A stretch of DNA of 64,000 nt from Anaerolineales bacterium (GTDB lineage: Bacteria; Chloroflexota; Anaerolineae; Anaerolineales; UBA11858), in contig JBGCVQ010000125.1 in NCBI GenBank assembly GCA_045888315.1, forward strand, positions 23,480 through 87,479, given 5' to 3'. The translations under genes were made by a program, and so were the position numbers. The stretch's first letter is position 1; each line of letters begins with the position of its first letter. A model generated the notes under the pieces. The model searched no databases. It worked only from the letters and a program-made list of their open reading frames with translations, and was not told the origin of the DNA. This document shows, piece after piece, positions 26,750-35,190 of this stretch.

Positions 26750-27625
26750 TCATTCGTAGCGCACGTCACCGTCGCTGTAGACCATCTTCCTCCGCCGGTA
26801 AGCCCAGCACATATAGGAGATCGATACGAAGTAGCTGGCAGGCAAGCGGTGCAGGTTCTTGATCTTCGTCCCCAGCACAGTGGTCTTTCCCCCAAATCCC
26901 ATGGGACCGATATCCAGCTGGTTTGCCTGGTCAGTGATCTTCTCTTCCAGCTCCGCCAAATCCGGATCGGAGTTGGTGTCATTCAGCTGTCTCAGCAAAG
27001 CCTCCTTAGAGGCAGCATAGGATGTTGCCCGGTCACCCCCGATCGCTATGCCCAGCGACCCGGGAGCACAGCCTTTACCCTGGGCTTTGGCGACCGCATC
27101 AAGAGCCACTTTTCGGACGCCCTCCAGGTCTCGGCCAGCACCTGTCGAAGCATCAGGAAGCTTATACTGGGTGCTGACATTCTCACACCCCCCGCCTTTG
27201 AGAAGCAGGTCGATTACCAGCGTATTCCCATCCACCTCTTGATAATGGATCGATGGGTAATGGTCATCACCCGTGTTATCCCCGGTATTCTTTCCGGTCA
27301 AGGTGTTGACTGAATTTGGCCTCAGGTAGGCTTTTTCCGTAGCCTGGACCAGGGCATCCTGGATCTGCTTGGTGAGTTTCCTGGTGCTCCAGCCCTCGGG
27401 GATCGCCACGTAGAATATCGGGGTGCCTGTATCCTGGCAGATTGGCGTTGATTTCTCCTCTGCCAGGGAGATATTGGTGAGTATGGTATCCAGCGCTCCC
27501 CGGGCTGCCGAACCTTCCTGTTCCTGATCCCGGGAGCTCTCAAGCTTTTCCACCACGTCCGGAGGCAGCTTGGTAGCAGTTAACCTTACCAATTCAAGGA
27601 TTTCATTTGTCAAATCAGGCTGCAT
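26750..27625 (-). CDS. class I (Fe-S) fumarate/tartrate hydro-lyase, alpha (N-terminal) subunit
   Basis: CQDTGTPIFYV and GGGCENVS motifs. Start ATG 27625 is preceded by GGAGG (27631-27635). The track ORF start at 27637 is a GTG that lies over part of this SD. Confidence 0.85.
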   Translation of the reverse strand: MQPDLTNEILELVRLTATKLPPDVVEKLESSRDQEQEGSAARGALDTILTNISLAEEKSTPICQDTGTPIFYVAIPEGWSTRKLTKQIQDALVQATEKAYLRPNSVNTLTGKNTGDNTGDDHYPSIHYQEVDGNTLVIDLLLKGGGCENVSTQYKLPDASTGAGRDLEGVRKVALDAVAKAQGKGCAPGSLGIAIGGDRATSYAASKEALLRQLNDTNSDPDLAELEEKITDQANQLDIGPMGFGGKTTVLGTKIKNLHRLPASYFVSISYMCWAYRRRKMVYSDGDVRYE

Positions 27626-27776
27626 TTTATCCTCCACGGGGAGAGAATCGCTTAATTTTTAGCTATCCATGAATAATTTATCATACTTTCCATTTCCCGT
27701 TGTAGAAATCATCCTAACGGGATCCAGACTGTCCTCATTCAGCGCTGAGAGGCGCTTCGCTTGAAAAATGAAACTA

Positions 27777-27785
27777 TGCTATACT
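27777..27785 (+). promoter_or_regulatory. extended -10 promoter element for the 27.8-36.9 kb operon
   Basis: TGcTATACT. The predicted +1 is about 27792, only 4-5 nt before ATG 27797, and no SD is present. Confidence 0.4.
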
Positions 27786-27796
27786 AATTCTGAATT

Positions 27797-28051
27797 ATGA
27801 ATATCCAGGAAAACAGGGAAAAATGGATCCAAACGCTGTATAAATTGCGGCTTCAGAACTTCTTTGCAACGTTATTGGAAGCGCTGGGGCCTGTAAACAT
27901 CCTTGGCGCCCAGCTGGTATATCTCAGCCAGCCAATCCTGTCCCCGTTTATCTCTCCAGAAAAATCCCGGGATTTCGCCAAGATCTTAGAGGATCCAACA
28001 GAAACAGCAACGTTTGTTAAGGCTCTACGGAGTTATCAACCAGGAACCTAG
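27797..28051 (+). CDS. hypothetical 84-aa protein (first gene of the operon)
   Basis: The ORF has protein-like composition and abuts the next gene with no gap. I recognise no motif. Confidence 0.55.
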   Translation: MNIQENREKWIQTLYKLRLQNFFATLLEALGPVNILGAQLVYLSQPILSPFISPEKSRDFAKILEDPTETATFVKALRSYQPGT

Positions 28052-28066
28052 TTGGAGGGCAGCGCC

Positions 28067-28849
28067 GTGTCAGCGACCGGATTTACAGGGATCGTTGTGA
28101 TTGTCCTTTTTGTGGGCTTTATGGTCTTCTTCACCATTATCAGCAAGGACCGTAAATCAGACAACATCCGCCCCATCACAGGTTATCAAAAGATCATCGA
28201 AGAGATCAACGTAGCCGTCGAGGATGGCTCCCAGCTGCACATCTCCCTGGGGCGGGGCGGTATCAGCGGACCCGACGCTGCGGCAGGGTTTGCTGGCCTC
28301 AGTTTGCTCAAACAGGTCATTGAAAGGTCATCCATGTGTGACCATCCCCCAGTGGCTTCGACGGGGAACGCAGTTCTTTCCATCCTTGCCCAAGACACCA
28401 TCCAGGGCACTTCCAAAGCCATCAGCGTCTCTGACCAGATCAGGAATCCTTCCGGAGAGCTGGTTGGTGTCACCCCCTTCTCTTATGCCGTTGGCACATT
28501 GACGACCATCAGGGACGATAGTGTATCCGCCAATGTCTACACCGGCTGGTTCGGCAATGAGGTCACCTGGATGACCACTGCTGGTGAAAGGCAGAGCAGC
28601 CCCACCATCGCCGGAACTGCCCAGCTGCCTGCCCAGGCCATCATGTACGCTTCTGCGTCCGATCCGCTGATCGGTGAAGATCTCTATGCTGGCGGCGCAT
28701 ACCTGGGAGCCGGACCGATGCACCTGGCCAGCATTTCTGCCCAGGATGTCATACGCTGGATCATCATAGCCCTGATCCTGATCAGCGTCCTCCTTAACCT
28801 GGTGGGAATCAACACCTTTATCGAAGATGTTCTGGCAGGTTCAATGTGA
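28067..28849 (+). CDS. hypothetical bitopic membrane protein (TM at each end, roughly 200-aa middle domain)
   Basis: N-terminal TM GIVVIVLFVGFMVFFTII and C-terminal TM WIIIALILISVLLNLVGI. GTG 28067 is preceded by GGAGGG (28054-28059). The track ORF 28052..28849 starts at TTG 28052 in the same frame. Confidence 0.6.
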   Translation: MSATGFTGIVVIVLFVGFMVFFTIISKDRKSDNIRPITGYQKIIEEINVAVEDGSQLHISLGRGGISGPDAAAGFAGLSLLKQVIERSSMCDHPPVASTGNAVLSILAQDTIQGTSKAISVSDQIRNPSGELVGVTPFSYAVGTLTTIRDDSVSANVYTGWFGNEVTWMTTAGERQSSPTIAGTAQLPAQAIMYASASDPLIGEDLYAGGAYLGAGPMHLASISAQDVIRWIIIALILISVLLNLVGINTFIEDVLAGSM

Positions 28850-29490
28850 ATATCAAATTAAATGCCCCCGTATCGACTGCAATTGCCATCGGCGTAGGCA
28901 TCATCGTCCTAGCTGGATATTTCATCCCCTCCATCGAAAGCATCCGCTTCATCTTCTTACGGACCGGTTTGGTTCTAGCCGCTGTAGCCTTGCTGGTTGG
29001 GATCTTCAATCTGATCTCCGTTCACATCAAGAAGATCGGGGGAGAAAACGAGAACTCTGGCTACAGCCTGATCCTGTTGATCGCACTGCTGGTGACCCTG
29101 GTGGTCGGCATCATCGACATGGTCCAGAATTATCTTTTCGGACAGCCGAACTTCCAGATGACCAACTGGGTGTTCACCAACATCCAGCTTCCGATCGAGA
29201 CCAGCTTGCTGGCGGTGACGGCAGTCAGCCTGATCTATGCCGCGGCTAGCATTCTCCGAAAAAGAATGGACTTGTTCTCGATCACTTTCTTCTTTGTATT
29301 GCTGCTGATCCTGCTGGGCTCGTTTTCAATACCCCCTGCTACTGTTCCTTTCCTGGCTGTCATCCGGGATTGGATCCTGCGCGTACCAGCCTTGGGTGGA
29401 GCCAGAGGCTTGCTGCTGGGCATTGCCCTGGGCACGATCACGACTGGGATCAGGATTTTGATGGGTACTGACCGTCCTTATGGTGGATAA
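28846..29490 (+). CDS. hypothetical polytopic membrane protein
   Basis: Five to six hydrophobic helices. The GTG start overlaps the upstream stop (ATGTGA). Confidence 0.65.
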   Translation: MNIKLNAPVSTAIAIGVGIIVLAGYFIPSIESIRFIFLRTGLVLAAVALLVGIFNLISVHIKKIGGENENSGYSLILLIALLVTLVVGIIDMVQNYLFGQPNFQMTNWVFTNIQLPIETSLLAVTAVSLIYAAASILRKRMDLFSITFFFVLLLILLGSFSIPPATVPFLAVIRDWILRVPALGGARGLLLGIALGTITTGIRILMGTDRPYGG

Positions 29491-29492
29491 TC

Positions 29493-32400
29493 ATGGCTGA
29501 GCTGCTTTGCCCCATCTGTGGAAGACAAAACTCCGAAGATCGCGAATTTTGCGATTTTTGTGGTAATCCCCTGGATGGAGCACTGATCGTGGAAGATTCT
29601 TCCACACCCAGCATTGACGCACCGGCTGATGACCAGGATGAGGTCTCTCGGCTGGACAGCCTGTTCTCGGATGCCGAGGACGATACTCACGGCAGCGAAT
29701 CTTCCCTTTCCGACTCCAGTGGCCCAGAATCCCGGCTCGACAGCTATTTGACGCCAGAGGAAACCCCCAGCGAAACGGAGTCCAGCGACGATGCCTCCCG
29801 CTTGGATGATTATCTCTCACCTGAGGATATCGAACGTCCGTTGAGCGAACCGCCCAGATCAACTTCACCTGACAGCCAGGACGAATCATCCCGCCTGGAT
29901 GATTATTTCAGCGAGGGGGGCGCGGATTCCCAGACCCTTTCCAGCCCGTCGGAGGAAGATGAGAGCTCCCGGCTGGATGATTTCTTCGCGGACAATATCC
30001 TCGACAGTCCGGATCCTTTCCGGGAAACTGGCCTTCCCTCGCCAGAGGAAAGCGCGCAGACCCCAGAAGATCTTGGGGCTTTTGATTTGCCCTCCGAGGA
30101 ACTCAGTCTGCCAAAGGAGTTGGAGGATAAACTCAACGGATCGGAGCTGGACAGCGAGCCAGAGGACCCCTGGGAGATCTTCTCCGAAGAGACCGGGAAA
30201 GCCGCCCCTGACAGCTCTGAGGAGTGGGATTTCCTCAAGGAAGAACCATCCCAGGACATTTCCTCAAGCGCTGAACCGCAGTCCCAAGAGGAATCTGACA
30301 AGGGCTGGGATTTTCCTGATTTCGAATTGGATGATGATGGAATCAAAGAAGCGGAAACGCCCGAGGACGAAACCTCCGCCAGCGAATGGGACCTCTACCA
30401 GGAAGAACATTTATCTGACAGTTCCACTGACGCCGAGGCGCAGCTTCCGCAAGAACCAGACCAGGATTGGAATCTCCCCAGTATTGAATCTGAAGAAGAA
30501 GCACCAGAAGCGGAAGTGTCCGCCACTGAGTGGGACCTCTTCCAGGAAGAGCAGCTTCCCGAAACTCCAGCTGGCGCTGAGCCGCAAATCCCCCAGGAAG
30601 CAGACGAGGAATGGGATTTCCCAGCCTTCAAATCAGACGCGGAAAGTCCTGAAGGGAAACCAGCTCCAGCGGCGGAGTCTTCCCCCGATGAGTGGGATAT
30701 CTTCCAGGAAGAATCACCTTCTGGTGAAATTCCCGGCGAAGAACCTCCTGCTCCGCAAGAAGCAGATGGGGGGTGGGATTTCCCTGCCTTCAAATCCGAT
30801 GTGAAGGGCCCTGGAGAGGAGGAAGCCCCCGTGGAAGAGACCTCCCCGGGCGAATGGGGTTTCCTGGATCCCAGTACGTCTTCCAGCGAGCAGCCAGACG
30901 AAATCCAACCAGAATTCGATAGTGAAGGATTCGGGGAAGATTCCGGATGGCTGGATATGCTTCAAAGCCCCGGGTCCCGTGAAAAGCCCGCGGAGGAGGG
31001 CGCGAAACCCAAGAAGCCTCAAACGGATTGGCTTGATAAGATCAAACGGCTCAATAAAAGCAGCGATCTGGTGGATGAGGATTCTTCCTTCCCGGATTGG
31101 TTGGCAGTTTCAGAGCAGCCGGCAGCTCAAACAGAGGACGCCGAAGAGGCCGAACCACCAGAAAGCTCCCCATCGGAAGTCCCGGATTGGTTGAAATTGG
31201 ATGATGAGGACTCACTGAATGAATTCCTGCGAAAAAAGGATCTCACCAACGAGGAATACATCCCTCAGGTCACCGAGCACCCCAGCAAGGTAAAAAGCTC
31301 CGAGGATGAGGATGAACCTGCATCCGGTTTGAGTGATTCCCAGCAGATCAAGTTTCCCTCCTGGGCAGGGGATCAAAAAAAACCAGCCGAGGGCCAGGCC
31401 GCTCCGCCGAAAACACCTCAAGGTGCAGAACCCTTCCAGATCGAGGAAGAGTATTTTGACGATCTGTTCACTGAGGAGCTTCCGGATTGGCTGACTACCG
31501 CATCCTCGGGGGAGATTGGCCCGGCCTTTCCAGAAGAACTGGCTCAGGGAGAACTGCCTGGCTGGGTTGAAGCGATGCGGCCGGTGGTCGAATCGGTCGA
31601 CGCATCCGGTCTTACCGGCGATGATGAATATATAGAGAATTACGGTCCTCTGGCCGGGATTCCTGGCGTATTACCCGCCGAGGCTGAGATCGGGATCAAC
31701 CTGGAAGCAAGCAGCCAGAAACCGCTCGACCTGCTGATCACCAAACCCCACCAGGATTATGTCAACCTCCTGAAGAAGATCATCGGGGATGAGAATAAGT
31801 CCAAAACCATCCAGAAACCCGCTCCGCCCCAGACCCAGCGGGTACTGCGCTGGCTGATCGCGATTGTGCTGCTGGTTGCCACCGGGGTAACAGTCATCTT
31901 CCGGGATATCATTCAACCACAGCCGCCCAGCGCTGCCCAGGTCCGGGGCAGCGGATATGCTGCCCTGTATGACGAAATCGATACCTTGTACGATGGTCAG
32001 CCGGTGCTGATCGCCTATGACTATCAGCCAGCTGCTGCCGGTGAGCTGCAAACCGCGGCTGCGACCGTTGTCGACCACCTGATGGAACAAGGCACTTATC
32101 TATCATTCGTGTCCACCCAACCCACTGGACCGGCTCTGGCGGAACAATTCATAAGCAGCACGCAAGCAGAACACGGTTATATTCACAGCCAGAAATACGT
32201 CAACCTGGGGTATCTACCTGGTGAATCCGCTGGCTTACTGAGCTTTATGATCGCACCCAAGCAGATCATCCCGCTGGCATTCAACGGCAGCAACGCCTGG
32301 GACTCACCACCCCTGATCGGCGTGGAAACCATCGCGGACTTCAAGATGATCCTGGTGATCACCGATGATCCCAATACCGCTAAGATCTGGATTGAACAGG

Positions 32401-32699
32401 TGGGAACCCGCCTGGAAGGCACACCTTTGACCATGGTGGTTAGCGCCCAGGTTGAGCCTCTCATCCAGCCCTATTTTCGATCCTCTCCCCGACTGCTGGA
32501 CGGCTATGTGGCTGGCGTGATCGACAGCATGAACTATGAGCAGCTCAGCGCGCGGCCAAATCTTGCCGGCAAGATCTGGCTGCCTTTTAACACCGGCATC
32601 ATCATCAGCGTCGGGATCATATTCATCAGCGGCCTGGCGAACGGGGTATTGTCCCTGTTCTCGCAGCGCAGATCGAAACTGATAGGAGAGACCCCGTGA
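29493..32699 (+). CDS. zinc-ribbon protein with a roughly 750-aa hyper-acidic repeat region, two TM helices and an intervening extracytoplasmic domain
   Basis: - N-terminal zinc ribbon CPICGRQNSEDREFCDFCG.
- Five SRLD[DS][YFL][FL] repeats, about ten W-acidic repeats and six DWL-type motifs.
- TM helices at nt 31843-31902 and 32575-32660. Confidence 0.8.
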   Translation: MAELLCPICGRQNSEDREFCDFCGNPLDGALIVEDSSTPSIDAPADDQDEVSRLDSLFSDAEDDTHGSESSLSDSSGPESRLDSYLTPEETPSETESSDDASRLDDYLSPEDIERPLSEPPRSTSPDSQDESSRLDDYFSEGGADSQTLSSPSEEDESSRLDDFFADNILDSPDPFRETGLPSPEESAQTPEDLGAFDLPSEELSLPKELEDKLNGSELDSEPEDPWEIFSEETGKAAPDSSEEWDFLKEEPSQDISSSAEPQSQEESDKGWDFPDFELDDDGIKEAETPEDETSASEWDLYQEEHLSDSSTDAEAQLPQEPDQDWNLPSIESEEEAPEAEVSATEWDLFQEEQLPETPAGAEPQIPQEADEEWDFPAFKSDAESPEGKPAPAAESSPDEWDIFQEESPSGEIPGEEPPAPQEADGGWDFPAFKSDVKGPGEEEAPVEETSPGEWGFLDPSTSSSEQPDEIQPEFDSEGFGEDSGWLDMLQSPGSREKPAEEGAKPKKPQTDWLDKIKRLNKSSDLVDEDSSFPDWLAVSEQPAAQTEDAEEAEPPESSPSEVPDWLKLDDEDSLNEFLRKKDLTNEEYIPQVTEHPSKVKSSEDEDEPASGLSDSQQIKFPSWAGDQKKPAEGQAAPPKTPQGAEPFQIEEEYFDDLFTEELPDWLTTASSGEIGPAFPEELAQGELPGWVEAMRPVVESVDASGLTGDDEYIENYGPLAGIPGVLPAEAEIGINLEASSQKPLDLLITKPHQDYVNLLKKIIGDENKSKTIQKPAPPQTQRVLRWLIAIVLLVATGVTVIFRDIIQPQPPSAAQVRGSGYAALYDEIDTLYDGQPVLIAYDYQPAAAGELQTAAATVVDHLMEQGTYLSFVSTQPTGPALAEQFISSTQAEHGYIHSQKYVNLGYLPGESAGLLSFMIAPKQIIPLAFNGSNAWDSPPLIGVETIADFKMILVITDDPNTAKIWIEQVGTRLEGTPLTMVVSAQVEPLIQPYFRSSPRLLDGYVAGVIDSMNYEQLSARPNLAGKIWLPFNTGIIISVGIIFISGLANGVLSLFSQRRSKLIGETP
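29646..29990 (+). repeat. five SRLD-type peptide repeats (coding)
   Basis: VSRLDSLF, ESRLDSYL, ASRLDDYL, SSRLDDYF and SSRLDDFF, spaced about 25-30 aa apart. Confidence 0.85.
30171..30862 (+). repeat. W-acidic tandem repeats (coding); the last four units form alternating A/B pairs of about 54 aa
   Basis: A type: GWDFPDFELDD, DWNLPSIESEE, EWDFPAFKSDA, GWDFPAFKSDV. B type: EWDLYQEEH, EWDLFQEEQ, EWDIFQEES, EWGFLDPS. The DNA string tgggatttccc[a/t]gccttcaaatc recurs at about 30611 and about 30772. Confidence 0.85.
30940..31575 (+). repeat. dispersed [DG]W[LV] motifs in acidic context (coding)
   Basis: SGWLDML, TDWLDKI, PDWLAVS, PDWLKLDD, PDWLTTAS and PGWVEAM. Confidence 0.75.
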
Positions 32700-33400
32700 C
32701 CATGGCAAACCTGTTGGACTTCATTGGTCTTGCCCTGGGGTTCTTGCTGACCATCCTGGTTTTCAGCTACCTGATGGGGGATAATCCCTTTTTCCGGTTG
32801 GCGATCCACATCTTCATCGGTGTATCGGCCGCCTATGTAGCCCTGGTGACGATTAACAATGTGCTGATCCCGAGATTGATCATCCCCCTCTTCCAGGGAA
32901 GCCAGGGGGAACGCCTGCTGTCGATCCTGCTCTTCATTCCCAGCCTTTTCCTATTCCTGAAAGTCACCCCGCTGCGCAGAGCTGGAAATTGGACAGTGGC
33001 CATCCTGGTTGGTATCGGCGCGGCAGCCGCTGTCGGCGGCGCGATCACCGGGACTCTCTTCCCGCAGATCCTAGGCACGATCAACAGCGTTGATCCAGCC
33101 GCCTATGATGTCACGAACAGCCGCTGGAATCAGATCATCAACGGAATCATCATTGTCCTGGGAACCCTGACAACTTTGATCTACTTCCACTTTGGAACCC
33201 AGGACACGCCTGGGAGGCAGGATAAACGACTGCCATTTATTGAAAAGATCAGCATGGCGGGAAATTTCTTCCTGGCGATCACCTTTGGAGCCTTATTCGC
33301 GGGTGTGTTCCTGACTGCCCTGGCTGCCCTGGTGGAGCGTTTGACATTCGTCTGGGATTTCCTGACCAGGATCGGCTTCCAGCTTTTCCAATCCTTTTAG
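32696..33400 (+). CDS. hypothetical polytopic membrane protein
   Basis: About six hydrophobic helices. The GTG start overlaps the upstream stop (GTGA), and AGGAGA lies 6 nt upstream. Confidence 0.65.
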   Translation: MTMANLLDFIGLALGFLLTILVFSYLMGDNPFFRLAIHIFIGVSAAYVALVTINNVLIPRLIIPLFQGSQGERLLSILLFIPSLFLFLKVTPLRRAGNWTVAILVGIGAAAAVGGAITGTLFPQILGTINSVDPAAYDVTNSRWNQIINGIIIVLGTLTTLIYFHFGTQDTPGRQDKRLPFIEKISMAGNFFLAITFGALFAGVFLTALAALVERLTFVWDFLTRIGFQLFQSF

Positions 33401-33405
33401 GTATT

Positions 33406-35163
33406 ATGGACACAACAACCGTAGCAGCAAAATCCGTCATTGCAGTTGATATCGGCACTACCATCACCCGGGCCCTGCTTTTTGATGTGGTCAGCGGCAG
33501 ATACCGCTTCATCGCTGTTGGCTCATCCCCAACCACAGCTGGTGCGCCGCAGTTTGACGTCAGCGCAGGCATCTGGAGATCCCTGGAAGAACTGCAGTAC
33601 GTCACCGGCCGGACCCTAATAAGTGAAAAAGATGGAGTGATCATCCCCAGCACGCAGGACAATCAGGGGGTGGATATCATGGTGGCGACCATGTCAGCTG
33701 GCAATCCGATCACGGTTGTCACAGTTGGACTGCTGGAGAACGCTTCCCTGGCGCATGCCCGCCATCTGGCACAGACCTCTTACACGAAGATCGTAGCTGA
33801 AATTTCCCTGAACGACCACCGGACAGCGACCGACCGCATCAATTTGCTCACAAGGAAACGCCCGGACTTGATCATCATCGCCGGGGGCACCGATAATGGG
33901 GCCACCCAGTCCCTTTTGAATATCCTGGAGAGCATCGGCCTCTCCAGCTTCATGATGGATGAGGGCCAGCGGCCTGCGATCCTCTTCACGGGAAACGTGG
34001 AACTGCAGGAGGAAGCCAAGGCTGGACTGGAGAAGATCACTAAATTGAGCGTCACGCCCAATATCCAGCCAGTGCTGGGCAAGGAAAGCATCTATCCTGC
34101 CCAGAAAGAGATGAATGAGATCTTCCAGGATATTCGGAAAAAGCAGACCGGCGGTTTGCGTGAGGTTTTCTCCTGGACGGAGGGCAACTTTACCTCGACT
34201 GCTTCTGCCTTGGGCAGAGTGATCCGCTTCCTCAGTCAGAAATATGAGCCTGAAAAAGGCGTCCTGGGAGTGGACATCGGCTCCGATTCGACCGTTATGG
34301 CAGCAGCTTATCATGGTGATGAAACCCTCCGGGTCTATCCTGGCTTGGGAGTTGGGGGAGGAGCCGCAGGCATACTGGAAAGGACCTCTTTGGAAGACAT
34401 CAAGCGCTGGCTTCCGATCAAGGTCTCCGATAATGCCATCCGGGATTACATCTACAATAAAGCCATCTACCCCGCTTCTTTGCCGACCGAGGAAGACCAC
34501 CTGGAGATCGAGCTGGCACTTGCCAAGCAAGCCCTCCGGCTGGCAGTGAAGGACACCATACCCAGCCTGGAGAAACAGGTTGACTCGACTGGGACCTTGC
34601 TCCCTCCCCTGGAGCCGATCATTGGCTCAGGACGGGTGCTGACCAAAGCGCCCAGGCGCTATCAGAGCCTTTCTGTCCTGCTTGATGGCCTGCAGCCCAC
34701 CGGAGTCACAACTTTGGCCCTGGACCAGAATGGCCTACTTCCCGGGTTGGGGGCTGTAGCTGAAGATAACCCACTCCTGACCGTCCAGGTGATCGAATCC
34801 AGCACTTTCTTGAATTTAGGCACGGTTATTGCACCTATCGGGATAGCTCGTCCTGGGACCACGATCCTGCGCATCCGCATTCTGAGAGAGGATGGCGGGA
34901 CAGTTACCCGGGAGGTTAAATACGGATCTCTGACCATACTGCCGGTTGAAATGGGAGAAAAAGTCTCTCTCCATCTCCGCCCCCTGCACCGTTTTGATGT
35001 CGGCATGGGCGGACCCGGGAAGGCCGGGAAGGTGAACGCTGTTGGAGGAGCCATGGGCATCATCATCGATGCCAGGGGCCGGCCGCTCCAGTTCTATCTG
35101 GATGACGAGAAAAATCGCAAGAGGAACGAGATCTGGAAGAAAACCTACGAGAAGTATGCCTGA
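33406..35163 (+). CDS. GlmL/MutL-like actin-fold (ASKHA) ATPase
   Basis: Phosphate-1 VIAVDIGTTITRALLFD, LIIIAGGTDNGATQSL, a second DxG block LGVDIGSDSTVMAAA, and IIGSGRVL. The layout recalls the glutamate mutase accessory protein family. Confidence 0.6.
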   Translation: MDTTTVAAKSVIAVDIGTTITRALLFDVVSGRYRFIAVGSSPTTAGAPQFDVSAGIWRSLEELQYVTGRTLISEKDGVIIPSTQDNQGVDIMVATMSAGNPITVVTVGLLENASLAHARHLAQTSYTKIVAEISLNDHRTATDRINLLTRKRPDLIIIAGGTDNGATQSLLNILESIGLSSFMMDEGQRPAILFTGNVELQEEAKAGLEKITKLSVTPNIQPVLGKESIYPAQKEMNEIFQDIRKKQTGGLREVFSWTEGNFTSTASALGRVIRFLSQKYEPEKGVLGVDIGSDSTVMAAAYHGDETLRVYPGLGVGGGAAGILERTSLEDIKRWLPIKVSDNAIRDYIYNKAIYPASLPTEEDHLEIELALAKQALRLAVKDTIPSLEKQVDSTGTLLPPLEPIIGSGRVLTKAPRRYQSLSVLLDGLQPTGVTTLALDQNGLLPGLGAVAEDNPLLTVQVIESSTFLNLGTVIAPIGIARPGTTILRIRILREDGGTVTREVKYGSLTILPVEMGEKVSLHLRPLHRFDVGMGGPGKAGKVNAVGGAMGIIIDARGRPLQFYLDDEKNRKRNEIWKKTYEKYA

Positions 35164-35190
35164 AGACAGGCTGCAGATTGAAGGGAAATT

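Noticed and set aside
29899-30804. 301-aa extremely basic (Arg/Lys/Ser/Pro) ORF in an alternative plus frame inside the acidic repeat gene
   Set aside because: It is a frame-shifted reading of GAR/GAY-rich codons, so it is open only because of codon composition. It has no SD or start context. The acidic frame carries the zinc ribbon, the repeats and the TM helices.
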